The notes below the pieces were generated by a model, which was given only the letters and a program-made list of their open reading frames with translations, was not told where the DNA came from and searched no databases. Position numbers and translations under genes: made by a program. From NCBI RefSeq assembly GCF_009914755.1, contig NC_060935.1: a stretch of DNA of 64,000 nucleotides. One strand, 5' to 3'. Of this stretch, positions 54,492 through 64,000 are shown piece by piece. Source of the DNA: the human T2T-CHM13v2.0 reference genome, Homo sapiens. Position 1 is the first letter of the stretch. The number at the start of each line of letters is the position of its first letter.

Positions 54492-55298
54492 CTATGGAAA
54501 TATAATTACACCTCTCTGAGTTTAACAAAAACCTCCTATATGTTAGTTCAGAGCTTGCACAGCCCTAGGGGAAGTTAATTTAATCCGCAAGAAAATAAAA
54601 AGACCCAATATCTTTAATAATTTTTCTTTTCCCTACTAGTGAAACTTGATTGGTTTAATTGCAGTCTTTTTCTTTGTTTATTTGGTTGGTTGGCTTTTTT
54701 TAAATTTTGTTTTGATTTGGGTCTTTGTTTTTAATTTAATTTAATTTTAAGTCCTGGGATAACTGCAGGACTTGCAGGCTTGTTATGTAGATAAACTTGT
54801 GCCATGGTGGTTTGCTGCCCGGCTTTTGTGACCCTCTATAAAAATATGTCATAGAACCATCTTCTCATATTTCTTTGGCCATCTTCTCATATTTCTTTGG
54901 CCTGGATAGTTTTTTCCCTCCCACTCTTTCACAGTCATTCATCAGTTATTGAAAGAAGAATAGGGACAACTATGATTTATTCTGACCACTTAGAATCAAA
55001 ACCCAATTTCCAGATCTATGTTCAGAAAATGGGTAGTTGAATAGGTTTGTATTATGCTACAGACAGGAACTAGGAGTAGAAGGGACTGTGAGTCCTCTGG
55101 TTAGTAATATCTGTTATAAAGCCAGGAGACTCCCTCTAAGTGTAAATTTTTAAGTTTGTAACAGAAGAAATAGTTTGTTGTACTTTAATGAACACTGTCA
55201 AGAGAAGAAAATATAACTATCACATATCTCCACATGTTTAGAAGCTTTTCATCAACCCAGGCCCCAAAATGACATGTTTCTCTTTGTTCCTCAGAAAC

Positions 55299-61628
<6,330 letters not shown>

Positions 61629-61781
61629 CCAGAGACAAATCAGAAATGTGTTCACATGCTGTGGGAACCCCTTTATCCCAGGAAGTCCTCTTCCTTGTGC
61701 CTTAACATACAGGACAAATAGGCTCTATTTTATGTCTTGAATTGCCTTCTAATGTTATCAAAACTCATTTATTGTGTTACT

Positions 61782-61787
61782 ATTAAA
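61782..61787 (+). terminator. Probable TRIM49C polyadenylation signal (ATTAAA)
   Basis: ATTAAA about 150 nt after the stop; equivalent tttaat at 1625-1630 and about 13722 in the minus-strand paralogs. A second ATTAAA lies at about 61826. Confidence 0.5.
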
Positions 61788-63217
61788 TATGCTGAAAACG
61801 CTAAAAGTATACGTATTGGTTCTTTATTAAATAATTTTTGAAAAATCATTATTCATGATCATGGCATACAGTATATTCTCTTTTTTTTCTTTATTTATGA
61901 CTGTCACTGAGTGAAATAATAGATGACAGACATGTCTGAATGAAGTAAAAATCAATGGAAGACAGTCGGGATCTTTTGCTTCATGCAAAAAACTTGGAGT
62001 GAAGTCTCAATGATAACTGGGAAATGTTTTTCTTCCTCTTTATCTAACTATATTACACTTATCCATCAGGTTTCATTGTATTAATCTATCCTTTGAGGTA
62101 ATACTATTTGACCTTCTATGCTGGGCTTTATTTTGCAATTCTCACCACAGATATAAATAATCCTTCATTATTAGTGTGCTCGTCTACATTGAAATACACA
62201 ATGTGATCAGAACAATGCTGGATTAATTGAAATTTTTTTTAAAAAGTAACTAAATATTGACTCCTACCTCAAACCATACACAGTCATTTCCAGATAGATT
62301 GAAGTCCTGAAAGGAAGGGGAACCTGATACAATATTCTCATAAGGATTTCTTAACCAGGGCACAAATTAATAATTAAAACAATTAGTTCATTTATATTGA
62401 TAATGATGACTTCTGTGTTTCAAAAAACATTATGCAAACCAGTAGTGGAGAAAGATATTCACCCCAACATACATAAAGTAAAATATAATACATGTATATG
62501 ATGAATACTTAAATTGTAATAAATAAAAGACAGTGAACTCAACAGAAGATTGGCTAAAATATCTGAACAGACACTTTACAGAATTGGATACATAAGTAAC
62601 TAGCCAAATATAAAAAAGTGCTCACTTTCATTAGTCTTACAAAAGTAAGAATTAATCCACCAGTTGTACCACAGGCCCTCATAAAAAAATACCAAAATTT
62701 AAAGACACAATATTGTGTGTTGTCAAAGATACAGAATAAATGAAATTTATTCATGGCTGGAGAGATGTAAATGGAAATCCCTTTTGGGAAACTGACTATT
62801 AGCATTTCTTATGGGCTAGATATTCTAATTCTAAAATATAGTCAACTGATTGCCTACATATACTTCAACATACACAATATTGTTCACTGCATCAATTTTT
62901 ATAGTAGCTCCAAATTAGACCCAAAATATTCTTCAACTGTAGAATAGCTAAATAAATTTGGTGTATTTATGCAAAATAATCCTATAAAACAATAAATAAC
63001 TCACTGAATGCAACAAAGCTGATGAATCTCAGAAACAAGTTAATAAACATATGCCAATTTAAACGATAAAATTGAAGTTAAGAAAAGACTTTTCCATGTA
63101 TATAATATATTGGTAATTGTAAGCTCTTTATGGGTTCCATAATTACATGAACGCTGTGGAATTATAACTTTTAAGACCCAAAATGTCAAATAATGCATAA
63201 GGTAGTAGAATAAAATA

Positions 63218-63515
63218 GGAGCCCAGGCATGGTGGCACACACCTCCAATCCCACCACTTGGGGAGACCAAGGAGTGAGAATGGCTTGTGGCCAGGAGTTC
63301 CAGACCAGTGGAGGCAACACAGTGAGACCTCATGTCTACTAAACATTCCTTTAGAAATCAGCCTGGCATGATGGCACATGCTATAGTCCCAGCTACTCAG
63401 GGGGCTGATGCAGCACGATGGCTCGTGCCCAGAAGGTCCAGGCTGCAGTGAGCCATGGTGGTGCCCTGCAGTCCAGCCTGTGACAGAATGACAGTCTGTC
63501 TCATAATAAAACAAA
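63218..63515 (+). mobile_element. AluJ
   Basis: Diverged Alu; homolog of 46406-46710. Confidence 0.8.
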
Positions 63516-63859
63516 CTATAATTACTTGATATAACACAAACCAATATATTATAAATACGCTAATTATAGGTATTTTAAATATTGATTTATTTAAAATAAC
63601 TGAGAAAGCTGGGATAGCTACATGTTTGCTTAGACCAGACAAAAGTGCCTTGGGAAGTAAGTTTAAAGTATTTTTATTAGAGTAAGTGAGGATGAAGTGC
63701 TTTATTACCAATGTGATACACACCAGAATCTGCTATGAATAGTCTCATGTCTAGAGGATTTGTGGATATCTAGGTAAGCAGTAATTATTGGGTGCCTGAA
63801 GCCTAGCAGATGCATATTCAGTGTGTCTTCTCTGGAGATGTCTTCTCTGGAAAGTTTGA

Positions 63860-64000
63860 TTTTTTTTTATTATACTTTAAGTTCTAGGGTACATGTGCAC
63901 AAAGTGCAGGTTTGTTACATATGTATACATGTGCCATGTTGGTGTGCTGCACCCATTAACTCCTCATTTACATTAGGTATATCTCCCAATGCTATCCCTC
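63860..64000 (-). mobile_element. L1PA 3' end running off the window
   Basis: ttattatactttaagttctagggtacatgtgcac...ggtgtgctgcacccattaactc. Confidence 0.92.

Noticed and set aside
55269-55298. Upstream ATG extensions such as MTCFSLFLR and MTCCSLFFIR
   Set aside because: They lie in the intron, upstream of the acceptor AG (55293-55294).

Overview
Primate (almost certainly human) genomic DNA from the segmentally duplicated TRIM49/51/53/64 cluster, most consistent with 11q14.3. The window holds four six-coding-exon RING/B-box2/coiled-coil/PRY-SPRY (C-IV TRIM) loci with shared exon sizes (411/96/231/23/98/~500 bp). (1) A TRIM51-like copy on the minus strand (1784-9722) has open exon frames but a GT>GG donor lesion and a sense SVA in its last intron. 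(2) A TRIM53 copy on the minus strand (13881-19903) has a CGA>TGA stop 1 nt before the last junction and a frameshifted SPRY exon. (3) A TRIM64-like pseudogene on the minus strand (37686-44596). (4) An intact 452-aa TRIM49-type gene on the plus strand (55299-61628, TRIM49C-like). The TRIM49/51/53 copies share a DUX4-motif/CACCC/TATA promoter cassette. The window also contains an ANKRD33B retrocopy fragment, an orphan FOLH1-like exon with intact splice sites, an SVA apparently carrying an LTR-derived 5' transduction, a twin-primed inverted L1, and many Alu/L1/MLT2/Tigger/MADE1 repeats. Gene symbols and repeat subfamilies are from recall, not database search.
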